DNA from: Octopus vulgaris
Lineage: Eukaryota
Direction of reading: 5' to 3'
Assembly: GCA_951406725.2 (NCBI GenBank)
Contig: OX597820.1
Location: 25,110,001-25,174,000, forward strand
DNA: 64,000 bases
Notes under the pieces: model-generated
The model's database searches: none
The model's input: only the letters and a program-made list of their open reading frames with translations
Told to the model about the DNA's origin: nothing
Position numbers and translations under genes: made by a program
Shown here: positions 24,291-38,299 of the stretch, one piece after another
Layout: each line of letters begins with the position of its first letter
Numbering within the stretch: the first letter of the stretch is position 1

Positions 24291-26867
24291 GGTATCTCTC
24301 TTCCACCTTGATATAGGTTCATCTGGGGCCTTGGATAACAGGAGGTTATCTAAGTATTTACAAATATCATAACCATGTCTGATTTTTTCATACTTTTTAT
24401 TTCCTTTTTCCTTTTCAGAACTGGGGAAGTTATCCATGGAAAAATTAACAACTGAACAAAGAACCAAAATCGAGGAATATCATTTTGGATTTAACCAGTC
24501 TATCACTTACATCCAAAAAGGAAACTGGTTTCAAATTTTAGAACTAGGCAAGCAATTTTGTGGGAAGGGTTAAGTTGATTACATCAAACCCCTGTGCTCA
24601 TCTGGTACTTATTCTATTGACCCCTAAAAGGATGAAAGGTGAAGCCAACCTTTGTGGAGCTTGAACTCAGAATATAAAGGCAGTTTAAATGCCATGAAGC
24701 ATTTTGCTCAGTATGCGAACGATTCTGTCAGCAGGCCACCTTCAGCCCAAAGAGAAATATTAATGATGCTTAAGTGTTAGAAAATCACCATCAAATTTTA
24801 TGATTCATTAGTTGATTCAGCATTTTAAACAATATGGTTCAGTAAGTGATCTATCAAGATTTCGAATACTACATGTTGACTGTTCACTGAGGAATCATCA
24901 ATGTTTGTGAGACTTTGCTGAAAAAGAAATGAAAGCTAAAATTTAACTCAGACAGCCACACAAAAGTTCTAACCTCATGAAATATAATTGGGACCACAAG
25001 CAGTAAGCTACATCATCTTTCTTTGGTGAGATAAACTCACAGAATGAAGTAATTTGATGAAATCTTATTATGTGATTTCAAAATTTGGTCAATATGATCT
25101 TGATTCTCATCAGAGGTTTCCACAATTACTCTGGACTAAAGAGAAAGCCTGCCTCCCATTCATTATTCTTTTATTCTTTTATTTGCTTCAGTCATTTGAC
25201 TGCAGCCATGCTGGAGCACCGCCTTTAGTCGAGAAAATCGACCCCAGGACTTATTCTATGTAAGCCTAGTACTTATTCTATCGGTCTCTCTTGCCGAACC
25301 ACTAAGTTATGGGGACGTAAACACACCAGCATCGGTTGTCAAGCAATGTTGGGGGAGGGGACAAACACAGACACACACACACATATTAGTTGCCAACCCA
25401 ATATAAACTCATAAAAAATCCTATAGAAAGCTAATCAATCTTGTTGGTATTTAATTTAGATAAATATTTATGATATTTAGATAAATATTTCTGCTTCCAT
25501 AGAATTTACTAAAACATAACCAGATGTTAATGTGTTGATATAGTTTAAAACAATTGATACTAGTTAAGTTAATGAAAGTCAGTAGAACATTAAACATCAA
25601 AAGGTAGAGTCAAAAGTTCATACATATCTTATCTGCATGATTGTATTATTTCCTTCAAGGTCAAAACAGTGTTTACAACTATAAAAGATATTGGTTTCAA
25701 GTTTTGGCCCAAGGCCAACAGTTTTCGGAGGATGGGGTAAGTCAATTACATCAACCCCAATACTCAGCTGATACTTCTTTCATTGTCTCTGAAAGGATGA
25801 AAATCAAAGTTGATCTTGGCAGGATTTGAACTCAGAATGTAAGGACGGATGAAATGCCACGAAGCATTTTGGCCAGTATGCTAACAGTTCTGCCAGCTTA
25901 CCACCTTAATAATAATAACGGTAATAATAATAATAATTTCAAATTTTGGCATGAAGCCAGCAATTTTGAGGGAGGGGCCAAGTCAATTACATTAACACCA
26001 GTGCTCAAACTGATACTTATTTTATTGACCCGAAAAGGATGAAAGGTGAAGTTGACTTTGGTGGTATTTGAACTCAGAATGTAAAGATAGATAAAATGCT
26101 GCTAAGCATTTTGCCTAGTATGCTAACAACTCTGCCAGCTTGCTGCCTTATGTCCATAAGAGACATGTACAAATAAAAAGCACAGTTAGTTTGCCTTTTC
26201 ACAATGCATCTGCATTAAGTGGATTTTTACTCAGTTGGATGGCTAATTGCAACACCAATAATGTTTTTCCAATCACTGTTTTTCTACATCAATAGCAGTG
26301 GATTTTGTCTTAGTATGCAGTTGGCAGAGGGTACATGTTACTAAGTAGAGGCTCATAGCCTAGTGGTTAGAGCAGCAGACTTGCAGTCGAGGGATCGCTG
26401 GTTTGAATCTTAAACTGGGCGATGTGTGTGTTTATAAGTGAAATACCTAAGCTTCACACGGCTCTGACAGAAGGTAATGGCGAACTTCTGCTGACTCTTT
26501 CGCCACAACTTTCTCTCCCTCTTTCCTCCTGCATCTTGCAGTTCACCTGTGACAGACCGGCGTCCCATCCAGGTGGGGAACCTATGTGCCAAGGAAACTG
26601 GGAAACCAGCCCTTATGAGCCAGGCATGGCTTGAGAAGGAATATGTTACTAACAAATCCCAATGAGGTAGAAATATGCATCAAGCATTCTCACCACCACT
26701 GCTGGATCATTTTCGTCTGCTGCTGATATAGTTTTGTGTTTTGAAACATTGCACATCCATGAGAGATTTTATATTACAAACAAATACGTCAGTTAATTTT
26801 GCCTTTTCACAATTCAAGTATAATATGCAAATAGCTATAAATATCCATATGTCTATGCATATGATAC

Positions 26868-27690
26868 ATCATCATCATCGTTTAACGTCCGCTTTCCATG
26901 CTAGCATGGGTTGGACAGTTCAACTGGGGTCTGGGAAGCCAGAAGGCTGCGCCAGGCCCAGTCTGATCTGGCAGTGTTTCTACAGCTGGATGCCCTTCCT
27001 AACGCCAACCACTTCGTGAGTGTAGTGGGTGCTTTTTACGTGCCAGACGAGGCTGGCAAACAGCCACGATCGGATGGTGCTTTTTACGTGCCACCGGCAC
27101 GGGAGCCAGACGAGGCTGGCAATGGCCACAATTGGATGGTGCTTTTTACGTGTCACCGGCACGGAGGCCTGGCAACAGCCACATTCAGATGGATCTCTGA
27201 TGTGCCACCGGCACTGGTATCACAGCTACAATTTCCATTGATGTTGATCGATTTCGATTTTGATTTTCACTTGCCTCAACAGGTCTTCACAAGTAGGGTT
27301 TGTGTCACAAGAAGGAAAGGTATGCATAAGTGGGCTGGCTATGTCCCAGGTAAAGGCCACGGGTTATGGTCTCACTTGTCCTGCCAGGTCTTCCCACGCA
27401 CAGCATACTTCCAAAGGTCTCGGTCTCTGGTCATTTCCTCGATGAGACCTAAAGTTCGAAGATCGTGCTTCACCACCTCGTCCCAGGTTTTCCTGGGTCT
27501 ACCTCTTCCACAGGTTCCCTCAGCTGCTGAGGTGTGGCACTTTTTCACACAACTATCTTCATCCATTCTCGCTACATGACTATACCAGTGTAAACGTCTC
27601 TCTTGCACACCACAACTGATGCTTCTTAGGTCCAACTTTTCTCTCAAGGTACTTACACTCTGTTGAGTATGAATGCTGACATTACACATG
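26868..27690 (-). mobile_element. RTE-clade LINE 3' end with internally repeated 3' UTR and (GAT)n tail
   Basis: RRLHWYSHVARM…GRGRPRKTW…DRDLW is the typical RTE C-terminus. Confidence 0.85.
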
Positions 27691-27719
27691 CACTGGAGTA
27701 TGATAGATAAAAATATTTA

Positions 27720-30581
27720 GGATATGAAGGTAAGGAAAGTCTCTGGTCTATCATGAATTGCTTGTGAGATCCTAAAAATATCTGGTGGTGAGGGATATAA
27801 CCTAACTACTTGTATAGTTAATCAGATCATAGAGGAAGTTATCATACTCAGTGTAGCAAAATTATAGTGGACTGTTACTAGAGTGAAAGACACACCTGAG
27901 AGAGAACTAATTACAGAGGTATCAAATTGCTGGACCCAGTTATAAAAGTTATAGCTTAATTAATTAGGAAGTGAATTAGCCTAAATGAGATGCCGTTTAG
28001 TCTTGTATTAGAAAAAAATACAACTGATGCCCTCTTTCTAGTAAAGCAGCTACAGAAGTAATTTGTGAAAGTAAGCCACTGCACTTGGCATTTGCCAACC
28101 CGGAGAAAACTTTTGACAGATTTCTTCATTCTCAGACCGGCTGGTTGTTGTGGCATAGATGAATGGCTTGTAGGACACTTATACTGGAGCATTGTCAGTA
28201 AGGTGAGAATTAACAACTACAGCAATAAATTTAGCATGCAGGTTGGAGTTCATCAAGGTTTTGTTTCTAGTTCTTCTGCCCGTCATTGAAGTCCTCCAGT
28301 CTTTAACAGAAAAGTTTAAGACCAACCTCCATTGAAACTCCTCTATGCTGATGGTTGGCCTCATCCTTATGGCTGAATCTGTAGTAGTATAGCGGACTTC
28401 CCAGTTTTCCTTATATAGCAAATATTTTCTGATTAGTTTGTTTACTGTTAGTGCAACACTACTTCATTATGTTTCCTATTTGGAATTATATAAATATATT
28501 TAGCTTTTTAAGTAGGGATATATAATGATAAAACCATCACTTATAACTTACTTATAAGTGTTATCATTATATGTAAATCCTGACTCCAGCTACAAAAACA
28601 CCATAGCGAGAAATATATTTTCTGGAACACTAATGGACATTAATCGTGCATGTATGTTAAATATGAATAATTTCATGTTCTTTTAACCGCTATAAAAAAA
28701 ATACAGTTTCATAATTACAGAAATACAATTCATTAATAAGTTGAAGAACGTGAAGAAAGAGAAAATAATTTCTACATTATCTTATTATATACATATAGAC
28801 GCAGGAGTGGCTGTGTGGTAAGTAGCTTGCTAACCAACCACATGGTTCTGGGTTCAGTCCCACAGCGTGGCACCTTGGGCAAGTGTCTTCTGCTATAGCC
28901 CCGGGCCAACCAATGCCTTGTGAGTGGATTTGGTAGACGGAAACTGAAAGAAGCCCGTTGTATATATGTATATATATATATATGTGTGTGCGTGTATGTT
29001 TGTGTGTCTGTGTTTGTCCCCCTAGCATTGCTTGACAACCGATGCTGATGTGTTTACGTCCCTGTTACTTAGCGGTTCGGCTAAAGAGACCGATAGAATA
29101 AGTACTGGGCTTACAAAAGAATAAGTCCCGGGGTCAAGTTGCTCGATTAAAGGCGGTGCTCCAGCATGGCCACAGTCAAATGACTGAAACAAGTAAAAGA
29201 GTAAAAGAATATAGCATTTTTATATTTATATACAATTTGAAGTAAAGTAATTTTGTCGTAGAGAATTACGACTTAATATTTTAGCTATCTAATTCCTCAT
29301 TCTAACTATTATAAATCTCAACAATTCAAACAAGTCTTGTTGGATTTTTCATAGACATGGCATAAAAATATAACCAATGTCTCAAAGGAGTGAGTGTCAT
29401 GGAGTTTAGTTACACAAACACTGAAGTTTTTCCCCAAAATCCAGGGTTTTTATAACTGCTCAACTTGACTTTAAAGAATCGAAATCACATAAAAATATTC
29501 TTTAACTAATTTTTAGAATTCCTATATGAGCAGTTATTTCAACCAATGGGAAAACGACAATCATATTTCTTCGGCAATACAACATTACATCATATTGCCA
29601 GCTACCACAAATTGGCACTACTATTTGAAAATGGCTACATGCTACAGTAGAATTAGAAAGGAATTCCAGGTGTGGAAGCAAAATTTTGAATCAAAGGCCT
29701 TGAAGTTAACTGATCAAAGACTAAAATAAGCAGGATTCTACTCCTTTCAGATAAATGGCCCTGCTCAGAATTTAGAAAAAGTGTACCTTGTGCAAGCTAT
29801 GGACACTCAAGTGATCCATTGGAATCAGAGGACGTTTAACAAAAAAGGAAAACCTTGTATGTAGCAGATGTGCAGAAGCAATAAACACTAATAATGCATA
29901 AGAAACAGATTTTATGAAATATCTAGGAGGACCACCAGAGGGAGTAAATAGTTTTTGTTGTGAAGGTGATCTAATCAGCAGTTGAGGGTGATGTTCTGAA
30001 AGTATAGTTGCTTGAATAAAAATAGGAGAGGGAAAGTTCAGATAGATAAGACCTCCGTTGATAGCTAAAGGTCAAACTGCTAAGTTATGAGGGCATAAGC
30101 AACTCTGATCGTCAAGTGATAAAGGGGGACAAACACAAACACAAAGACACATACACACACACATACATGGCACAAATTAATGAGAAGGGAGGGATCTACA
30201 GACATTGGCCCCAAAGAGAGGATGACAAGGGACTGAGACTTCTGGCAGTTTGTTGTGCTTGAGAAGACATGTTAAGTGAAATCATGGTTGCCCTTCCGTA
30301 TAAGCATTATTCTTTGCATCCCTTTTTAGTTGAGTGACCGTAATCTTGTGGGCACGTGGGTGCTGGTGCCACATAAAAAGCACCCTTGCCAGTGTCACAT
30401 AAGAGCACCCATGCCAATGCTGCATAAAATCATCCAGCAGACTCTATAAAGTGGTTGGAATTAGGGAGAGCATCCAGCCATAGAAACCATGCCAAAACAG
30501 ACACAGAGCCTGGGCAACTCTTCAGCTGACCATCTCCTGTCAAACTGTCCAACCCATGCCAGCATGGAAAATAGACGTTAA

Positions 30582-30637
<56 letters not shown>

Positions 30638-30735
30638 GGTGATGATGATGATGATGATGATGATGAAGGTGATGATGATAACGATGATGATGGTGATGGT
30701 GATGATGATGATGATGATGAAGATGATGATGATGT
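27720..30735 (+). mobile_element. Highly degenerate RTE LINE body interrupted by a SINE, ending in (GAT)n
   Basis: Broken frames with NYRGIKLL, VGVHQG, WKQNFESKALK and KWPC; RTE-type 3' UTR at about 30350-30580. Confidence 0.6.
28800..29209 (+). mobile_element. SINE family B with central (TA)/(TG) microsatellite. Other copies: 5814-6500, 13070-13496, 33020-33388, 38845-39270, 44398-44778, 49734-49983, 61108-61450, 61914-62231
   Basis: Repeated head GGAGTGGCTGTGTGGTAAG…GGTTCAGTCCC and tail CAAATGACTGAAACAAGTAAAAGA. Confidence 0.85.
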
Positions 30736-30916
30736 TAGGTTTCATTCGGTTTCTGTCTACCAAATCCTCTCACAAACTTTTTGGTTGGCCCTGGGCTATA
30801 GAAGACACTTGCCCAAGGTACCTTACAGTGGGACTGAACCCAAAACCATGTGGTTAGGATGCAAACTTTTAACCACACAGCTATAACTGTTCTATATCTA
30901 TCTACCTATCTATCTA

Positions 30917-30957
<41 letters not shown>

Positions 30958-31009
30958 GTCTGTCTGCCTGTCTGTCTATCTGTCTGTCTTTCTGTCTGCC
31001 GACTGTCTC

Positions 31010-31045
<36 letters not shown>

Positions 31046-31096
31046 TCTGTCTGTCTGCCTGCCTGCCTCCTGTCTGCCTGTCTATCTGTCTGCCTC

Positions 31097-31130
<34 letters not shown>

Positions 31131-31777
31131 GTGTGTATGCATGTAAATGTGTATGTGTGAGGTGTGCCTGTAAATGTGTGTGTGTGTGTTTCTGTGTGTA
31201 AATACATGCAGAATCAAACTTTTTTGCATGGCATTACCATTAAACAGAAACACAGATAACTTCAGCTCTCACAGGACAAGTCACAAACAAGGTCACCATG
31301 CCCTGTTGTTGACAGATGGTCATGGTCACACCATTTAATATCATCCCCAGTTTCATCCTGCATTTTGTTAGGTTAATGTACAGCAGTTGCTTTTACCTGT
31401 CTGTGCTAATTTTTTCTTATCTGTCAATCTGTCAATCCATCTGTCCATCCATCCATTCATCCATTCTTCTTCCTTTCTTTCAAAGTTTTGGTTGGCCCTG
31501 GGCTATAATAAAAGACACTTCCTTTCTTTCTTTCTTTCTTTCTTTCTTTCTAATGTCTAAATTATTCACTCACAGGCACACACTGACCTCTCAGTCACTG
31601 ACCTGCTTTCTCCCTCTCTGTCTCTCTCTCACTGTATGTAAGAGAAAGAGAGAGAGAGAAGGAGAGATGGTAAGAAATGGAGCAATAATTAACAATGAGA
31701 AGAGGATCATTTGTGACTTTAAAACACGAATGATTCACTTCTCATTGTTAATTTCTTATCATCTCTATATATATTAA

Positions 31778-32853
31778 CCCTTTCGTTACCAAACCGCCCA
31801 AAAAAAATTTTGGTTAATGTGACCAAACCGCCCAAACCTGCCCGTATTTACCTATTCATATTTAAATGTGAATATCAGAGCAAATCTCTTTAGTACATTC
31901 GTGAAAACACGTATTATACTTCGTAAACAGTTCAACTACAGTTTTGTACAACAATCGAAGTGTAATTTTAATTCCGTGAATTTTGGGAGATTTTTTTCCG
32001 AACTTTGTTCCTATTGTGTTTTCAAAATTTGTAATTCTGACAAAAAATGGATACGAATTTCATTATATCAAGCAGCGAGTCAGAATTCGAAGGATTTTCT
32101 ACTGAAGACCTTCATAAATCTAACTTTATGACTGAAAAAAAAAAAGCATGAGGTATTTGATAATGAATCTGATGTTTCATTTTCCGAAAGTGAAAACAGT
32201 GAATCCGAGAGCTCCGACAGCGATAAAGAAAATGAATTGGCACCCGAATGGAGTGAAAATTTAAAACTGTTTCTTTCGGTGATTTTTCTGAAGAAACTGG
32301 ACCAAGCCACAGACTTTCCCAGGAGAGTAAAGCCTTAGACTATTTCTTTTTACTTTTTCGAATGAGCCTATTTGAAATCATTACGGCGGAAACGAACCGT
32401 TACGCTAAATGTATACAAAGTGAAAGAAAGGATAGTTAGTGGTTTCCCACAACCTTAAATGAAATTAAGACTATTTTGCCATAAATATTATTATGGGTAT
32501 CAGAAAGTTACCCAGAATAACAAATTCTATCGTAAAATTTTGTTGTATACCCAATTGAATATTAGCTAATAACCCATTTTCTATAGCGATGTTTGAACAA
32601 AATTTTAATAATTTTATATTTTGTTGAATTTACCTGTATCTACCTGCAATTAGAGTCACTTTGTGACAAAAATTATTGTATAGAATTGGTTGAGAACATT
32701 TCATTAAATTATCTTCCAAATATTCCATTAATATATTGATAAATAAAAAAGTTATAGTTGTTTAATGAAACCAGACTAAATTTATGATTATGTTAGAAAT
32801 TAATTGAAACACATAAGGGGTGTATTTTGGTCAGAAATATAGTAACGAAAGGG
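31778..32853 (+). mobile_element. Internally deleted piggyBac (PGBD4-like transposase remnant)
   Basis: TTAA|CCCTTTCGTTAC … GTAACGAAAGGG|TTAA; acidic N-terminus, LFEIITAETNRYA, WFPTTLNEIK, IIMGIRKLPRI. Confidence 0.9.
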
Positions 32854-33155
32854 TTAAACCACGGTTTTACCTTTAAATTACCTACTACTGTATACTTTAT
32901 AATGAGGACTATACATACTGAGGTAGTAGACCAGGAGTGCCTACAGATATATCTATCCCTTAGATGATTGCCATAACCTCTAACTTATATATATATATAT
33001 ATATATGTATGTATTCTTTGGAGCACCGCCTTTAGTCGAGCAAATTGGCTCCAGGACTTATTCTATCGGTCTCTTTTGCCGAACCGCTAAGTTACAGGGA
33101 TGTAAACACACCACCATCGGTTGTCAAGCAATGTTGGGAGTACAAATACAGACAC

Positions 33156-33230
<75 letters not shown>

Positions 33231-33414
33231 ACGAGCTTCCCTCAGTTACCGTCTACTAAATTCACTCGCAAGGCTTTGGTCAGCCCGTGGTTATAGTAGA
33301 AGACACTTGCCCAAGGTGCCACATAGTGGGACTGAACCCAGAACCATGTGGTTGGTAAGCAAGCTACTTACCACACAGCCACTCCTGCACCTGGCAGCAA
33401 TATATGACAAATGA

Positions 33415-33690
33415 ATACCACTATGGAGACCGGCTGAAAAATTAGGCAAAGATGGCTGCAACTATCTGGTCATTGTGTGTGCCACTTTGAAGTGGAAGCA
33501 TCCAAATTAGTCTTGTGGAATCCACTTCATGGTGATGTAAGCAGAGGAAAACGTCATCATACTTACATCGACAACTTGATTGCAGACACTGGCTTGGAAT
33601 GTATCCAGGACGTCGAGGAAATGATGACAGATCAAGAAGTGTAGAAGGTAGACTTTGTTGCTGTGGATCGGGTTGGAAACCGGCCATAAT
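33415..33690 (+). mobile_element. Degenerate RTE-like LINE C-terminal fragment
   Basis: ASKLVLWNP.HG…RG…TYIDNLIADTGL in broken frames. Confidence 0.5.
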
Positions 33691-35157
33691 AATAAATATT
33701 TTGAAAGTTTGCTTTTCCAGTTTCCAGTAAGGATAGTGGGGCACAATGAGTAATATTTACTGCATTTTCAACATTGGGAAAAAAAAGTATTTTTATAAAT
33801 CTTCACTACCGAACAAAAACTACATCAAAGCAAATGACCTTCTTTAAATGAATTAAAAACATTATAACATATTCAGAACACTGTTTCAGAAAATTATCTC
33901 CATTCTCTTAGAGTATATAAAAGACAAATTCAGATGGAACAAAATGAGTAAGACAAGATAAGATAAATCTGCCTCCTCAATTCTCCAGAATTACATTCTT
34001 TGACACCAGAAAGTTCAGAATTTTGGGGTTTCTTCATAGTTGCTTGAATTCATGTGTGTAGAATACAAATTTGCAAAAATTTTCCGAAAATTCCAAATAA
34101 TGAAAAAACATTATGAGGAGTTATATGGGGCACTTGAAGCAGAATTCAACATGGATCTCTTCCTGATACAAGTATCAAAATTAATCATTACTCATTTTGC
34201 CCGATTTAGACATCATATTTTGAAAATTGAAAATTATCAAATTGGACATTAATGTGGAAAAAATTGATATGTAGTCCAACAGAAAAAAGAATATTGATTG
34301 TTAAACACAAAGAGAATCATGGAAAAATGGCACATGATATGAAATTAATGAAGCTTGACTAAATCTAAAAGCTCAACATAAAATATTTTCTATAGCTTCT
34401 TCACAATCTGCAGGAGTGACTCTCTTCATGATATATTTATGCACCATACAGTTAAAGAGAAGAAATTATTGTTATTAGTCGTTACTCATTTTGCCCCGAT
34501 TTAGACAACAATTTTTGAAAATGGAAAATTATCAAATTAGACAGTAGACTGGGTAAAAAAATTGACTTGAAATCCAACAGAGAAAAGAATTTAGATTGTT
34601 AAACACCAAAAATTATCCAGATATTTTATTAGCAACCTCAATTACAACTGGGTTAAAGTTGAAGAAAAATTTCTTGAAAAAAGCACCTGTTAACTGACTG
34701 TTTCAATTTTAAAACTGAAAAAAGCTTAGATCTATTGAGAGACGTAATTCTATAATTAAGAGTAAATTTAAAATTTAAATTTTGGAATATATTCATGACT
34801 TGTTTTTTATTTTGTAAAATAAGATCAGTTTTCAATGTCTCACTGAAATAATGAGGTTTACAATGGCTACATTTGTGTGCACATTTGTGTGTGTGAGTGT
34901 GCATGCAATTGTCTTTAATTGCAAGTGGATAATCCAAGGTCACTGCTCAGTCATGTGTTGAAAGAAAAAATTTGAACTAGAAAAAATAAATAACTTCTTT
35001 CTATCAATCTCTTTATCTATGTTTATATATTCTTTCTCACGCTCACACACACACAAATACATGGATACATTTTTAGCAGTGTTTTGTTGTTTTTCTTTTG
35101 TCTGTCATTGTCCCAAAAGCAGCTACAATTAAAAGAGTAAAAGAATAAAACTCTGAG

Positions 35158-35499
35158 CACCTTTTCAAACTCCACCCGTCTAACACCCGTGGACATATTT
35201 ACAAAGTCAAAAAACAGCACAGCTCCCATGACTTTCGGAAACAGTTTTTCCCGCTGAGAGTTACTGAAGCATGGAACAAACTGCTGGCATCAGTTGTTAG
35301 TTGTCGGAGCACTGCATCCTTCAAAACTTCCATGCTTCCTGAGATTCGCCAACACTACACAACTGATTTTCTCCCCACCATACACACACAAGCATGTATC
35401 TGACTCATACATTGTTCACTTTCCAGACATTTGTACTTTACTGCATATACTTTAAACACACTTTCTGACAAGTTGTGGTGCACCTGAGCACTGTATACA

Positions 35500-35533
<34 letters not shown>
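35158..35533 (+). mobile_element. 3' fragment of the same CR1-like LINE family
   Basis: Encodes KVKKQHSSHDFRKQ…EAWNKL; GTGCACCTGAGCAC and (TTA)n tail. Confidence 0.85.
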
Positions 35534-35535
<2 letters not shown>

Positions 35536-35559
35536 AAAGAACATACATTCTGCCTATAT

Positions 35560-35810
35560 ATCTGTGCACAACTTTCAATGCCGTGTATACCATAAGGTCT
35601 GCAATTCTAACAGAAGCCTCAAAAGACATTTTAAGATCCACAAAGATCAGAACTTATCTGCAGCTCTCGGTGGTCCAAACTAGATATGCAATCTATGTGG
35701 GTGTCTTTTCAATACATTGTCAGATTCAAAAAGCCACATCAGATGCCATGATGCATCTAAGGTGTAGGTACAAGAGGTGTTGGTGTAATTGTGGACACTC
35801 ACCACCATTA
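35560..35810 (+). pseudogene. Two decayed C2H2 zinc fingers (FQCRVYHKVCNSNRSLKRHFKIH; ICNLCGCLFNTLSDSKSHIRCH), probably a LINE C-terminus
   Basis: Manual translation; in-frame stop between the fingers; no splice sites. Confidence 0.5.
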
Positions 35811-36072
35811 GAGAAAGAGAAAATGGAATTCATAAGATACTCTATTAATCACAGTGGTCGTTTCAACCTATTTTGCATAGGTCTCTCATGAGTGAAATAC
35901 TGTGCAACTATTTGTGGAATATCCTTCGGTAGCTGTGTATCAAATGACTTTTTAAAAGGTACCTTGCTTAATAAATTTGCTTTCCTATTGTTTGATTATA
36001 ATGTATGTCATTTGCCTGTAGGTGGTTGTATACAGGCTTTGTGGTTTGAAATATATCTATCTATCAATATAT

Positions 36073-36156
<84 letters not shown>

Positions 36157-36201
36157 AATGCTAGCATGGAAAGCGGACGTTAAATGATGATGATGATGAT
36201 G

Positions 36202-36231
<30 letters not shown>

Positions 36232-36233
<2 letters not shown>

Positions 36234-37100
36234 AGAAAAAAGGTTTGAAAATGCAATTTAAACGATGTTTATTTACTTAACCGGTTTCACTTTGGTAAAA
36301 GATTGTCAAAAGTTACATTTAAGGAAACATTGAATAATATGGGTTCAAAAAAAGTTTTTTACATAATTGTCACATTGAATATTATGCATTCAAAAAAGTT
36401 TTTTACATAATTGTCACATTGGATATTATGAATTCAAAAATGTTTTTTTATACATAATTGTCACATTACATGTATAAATATAGTGTTTGGTAACAGAGAA
36501 GTTCAATAGTGTGATGAGAATATTTGGGAAAATTTGGCAGAAAAGGATAAAACAAATATATTATTGGGAATTGGTTGCGTTAATTATTGGTTGTCGCAAA
36601 TTGTCACATTACATGTATATATATACAATCTTTGGTATATATATACAGCGTTTTGACAGCAAAAATTAAAATGGATTTTTTGTACATCTCAGAATATTTT
36701 AAGTATGTTTTTACTGACCTGTCAGTATTAGCAGAAAGGCTGAACTGAGAGAACAGAAGAAGTAGCCAATGTGGTGTATACTTCCCCTTTATGCATGAAT
36801 GATTTTGGGGTTATCAGGAGGTTAGTATGCGGGTGTGAATAGATGTGTCCGTGCCTGCTGGTCAGATAGCGTCTGTTTGTCACACACATATATATACACA
36901 CAAACACACATACACACAACAACACACACACACACACACATAGTATACAAACACACACCACAAACAAACAACACACACACACACACAGAACACACACACC
37001 ACACACAACGCACCCACATATATCACATATACACACAGCACACAAATATAACATGTATCTATATATAACATACACAGATATATAACACACATACACACAC

Positions 37101-37146
<46 letters not shown>

Positions 37147-38145
37147 TACATAATATAAATATCACACAAATACACCTAGCATATATATACACACACACAA
37201 TACACACATACAGCATGTAAGTAATATACATACACAATATATGCATGCAATATACATACGCAATACATACATATAATATATATATATATAGACAATGCAT
37301 ATACATATATACACATATACATATAAATAGTGTTTACATACACATACATAGATGTACCACATATACACACAACACACATACATACAATACCAATGCTCGG
37401 ACAACACCACAGACCAAACACGAATAAATAAGGAAAGTAATCTTATTCAAAAATACAGACCACAACTAAACATACTCTAACATACCCCCTGAATACATCT
37501 ATTCACACCCGCATACTAACCTCCTGATAACCCCAAAATCATTCATGCATAAAGGGGAAGTATACACCACATTGGCTACTTCTTCTGTTCTCTCAGTTCA
37601 GCCTTTTCTGCTAATACTGACAGGTCAGTAAAAACATACTTAAAATATTCTGAGATGTACAAAAAATCCATTTTAATTTTTGCTGTCAAAACGCTGTATA
37701 TATATACCAAAGATTGTATATATATACATGTAATGTGACAATTTGCGACAACCAATAATTAACGCAACCAATTCCCAATAATATATTTGTTTTATCCTTT
37801 TCTGCCAAATTTTCCCAAATATTCTCATCACACTATTGAACTTCTCTGTTACCAAACACTATATTTATACATGTAATGTGACAATTATGTATAAAAAAAC
37901 ATTTTTGAATTCATAATATCCAATGTGACAATTATGTAAAAAACTTTTTTGAATGCATAATATTCAATGTGACAATTATGTAAAAAACTTTTTTGAACCC
38001 ATATTATTCAATGTTTCCTTAAATGTAACTTTTGACAATCTTTTACCAAAGAGTGAAACCGGTTAAGTAAATAAACATCGTTTAAATTGCATTTTCAAAC
38101 CTTTTTTCTTATATAATCCCACTCGTGCGATACCCCACAACTCAA

Positions 38146-38150
<5 letters not shown>
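36232..38150. mobile_element. Penelope-like element: 5'-truncated copy (+; GIY-YIG C-terminus and pLTR, 37388-38150) preceded by an inverted pLTR (-; 36232-36846)
   Basis: ~615-bp near-identical inverted arms. 37388-37480 encodes YQCSDNTTDQTRINKESNLIQKYRPQLNIL* (R…E…I..Y.P.LN pattern of PLE endonucleases). Hammerhead motif followed by AATAAA; (TA)n at both ends. Confidence 0.8.
38028..38068 (+). ncRNA. Minimal hammerhead-ribozyme motif with U3:A8 core variant (mirror copy 36275-36313, minus strand)
   Basis: ACTT-TTGACAA-TCTTT(TACC)AAAGA-GT-GAAACCGGTT-AAGT: stem I ACTT/AAGT, palindromic stem III ACCGGT. Confidence 0.65.
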
Positions 38151-38197
<47 letters not shown>

Positions 38198-38209
38198 TAT
38201 GTATGTATG

Positions 38210-38240
<31 letters not shown>

Positions 38241-38249
38241 TGTATGTAT

Positions 38250-38299
<50 letters not shown>

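Noticed and set aside
25060-25118. CTGATGA…GAAA hammerhead candidate on the minus strand
   Set aside because: No stem I pairing; likely a chance match.
35560-35770. Functional C2H2 zinc-finger gene
   Set aside because: In-frame stop, lost Cys, no splice signals; better explained as a LINE remnant.
36487-37855. Two identical 60-aa ORFs on opposite strands
   Set aside because: By-product of the inverted pLTR arms; no true start codon or recognisable domain.
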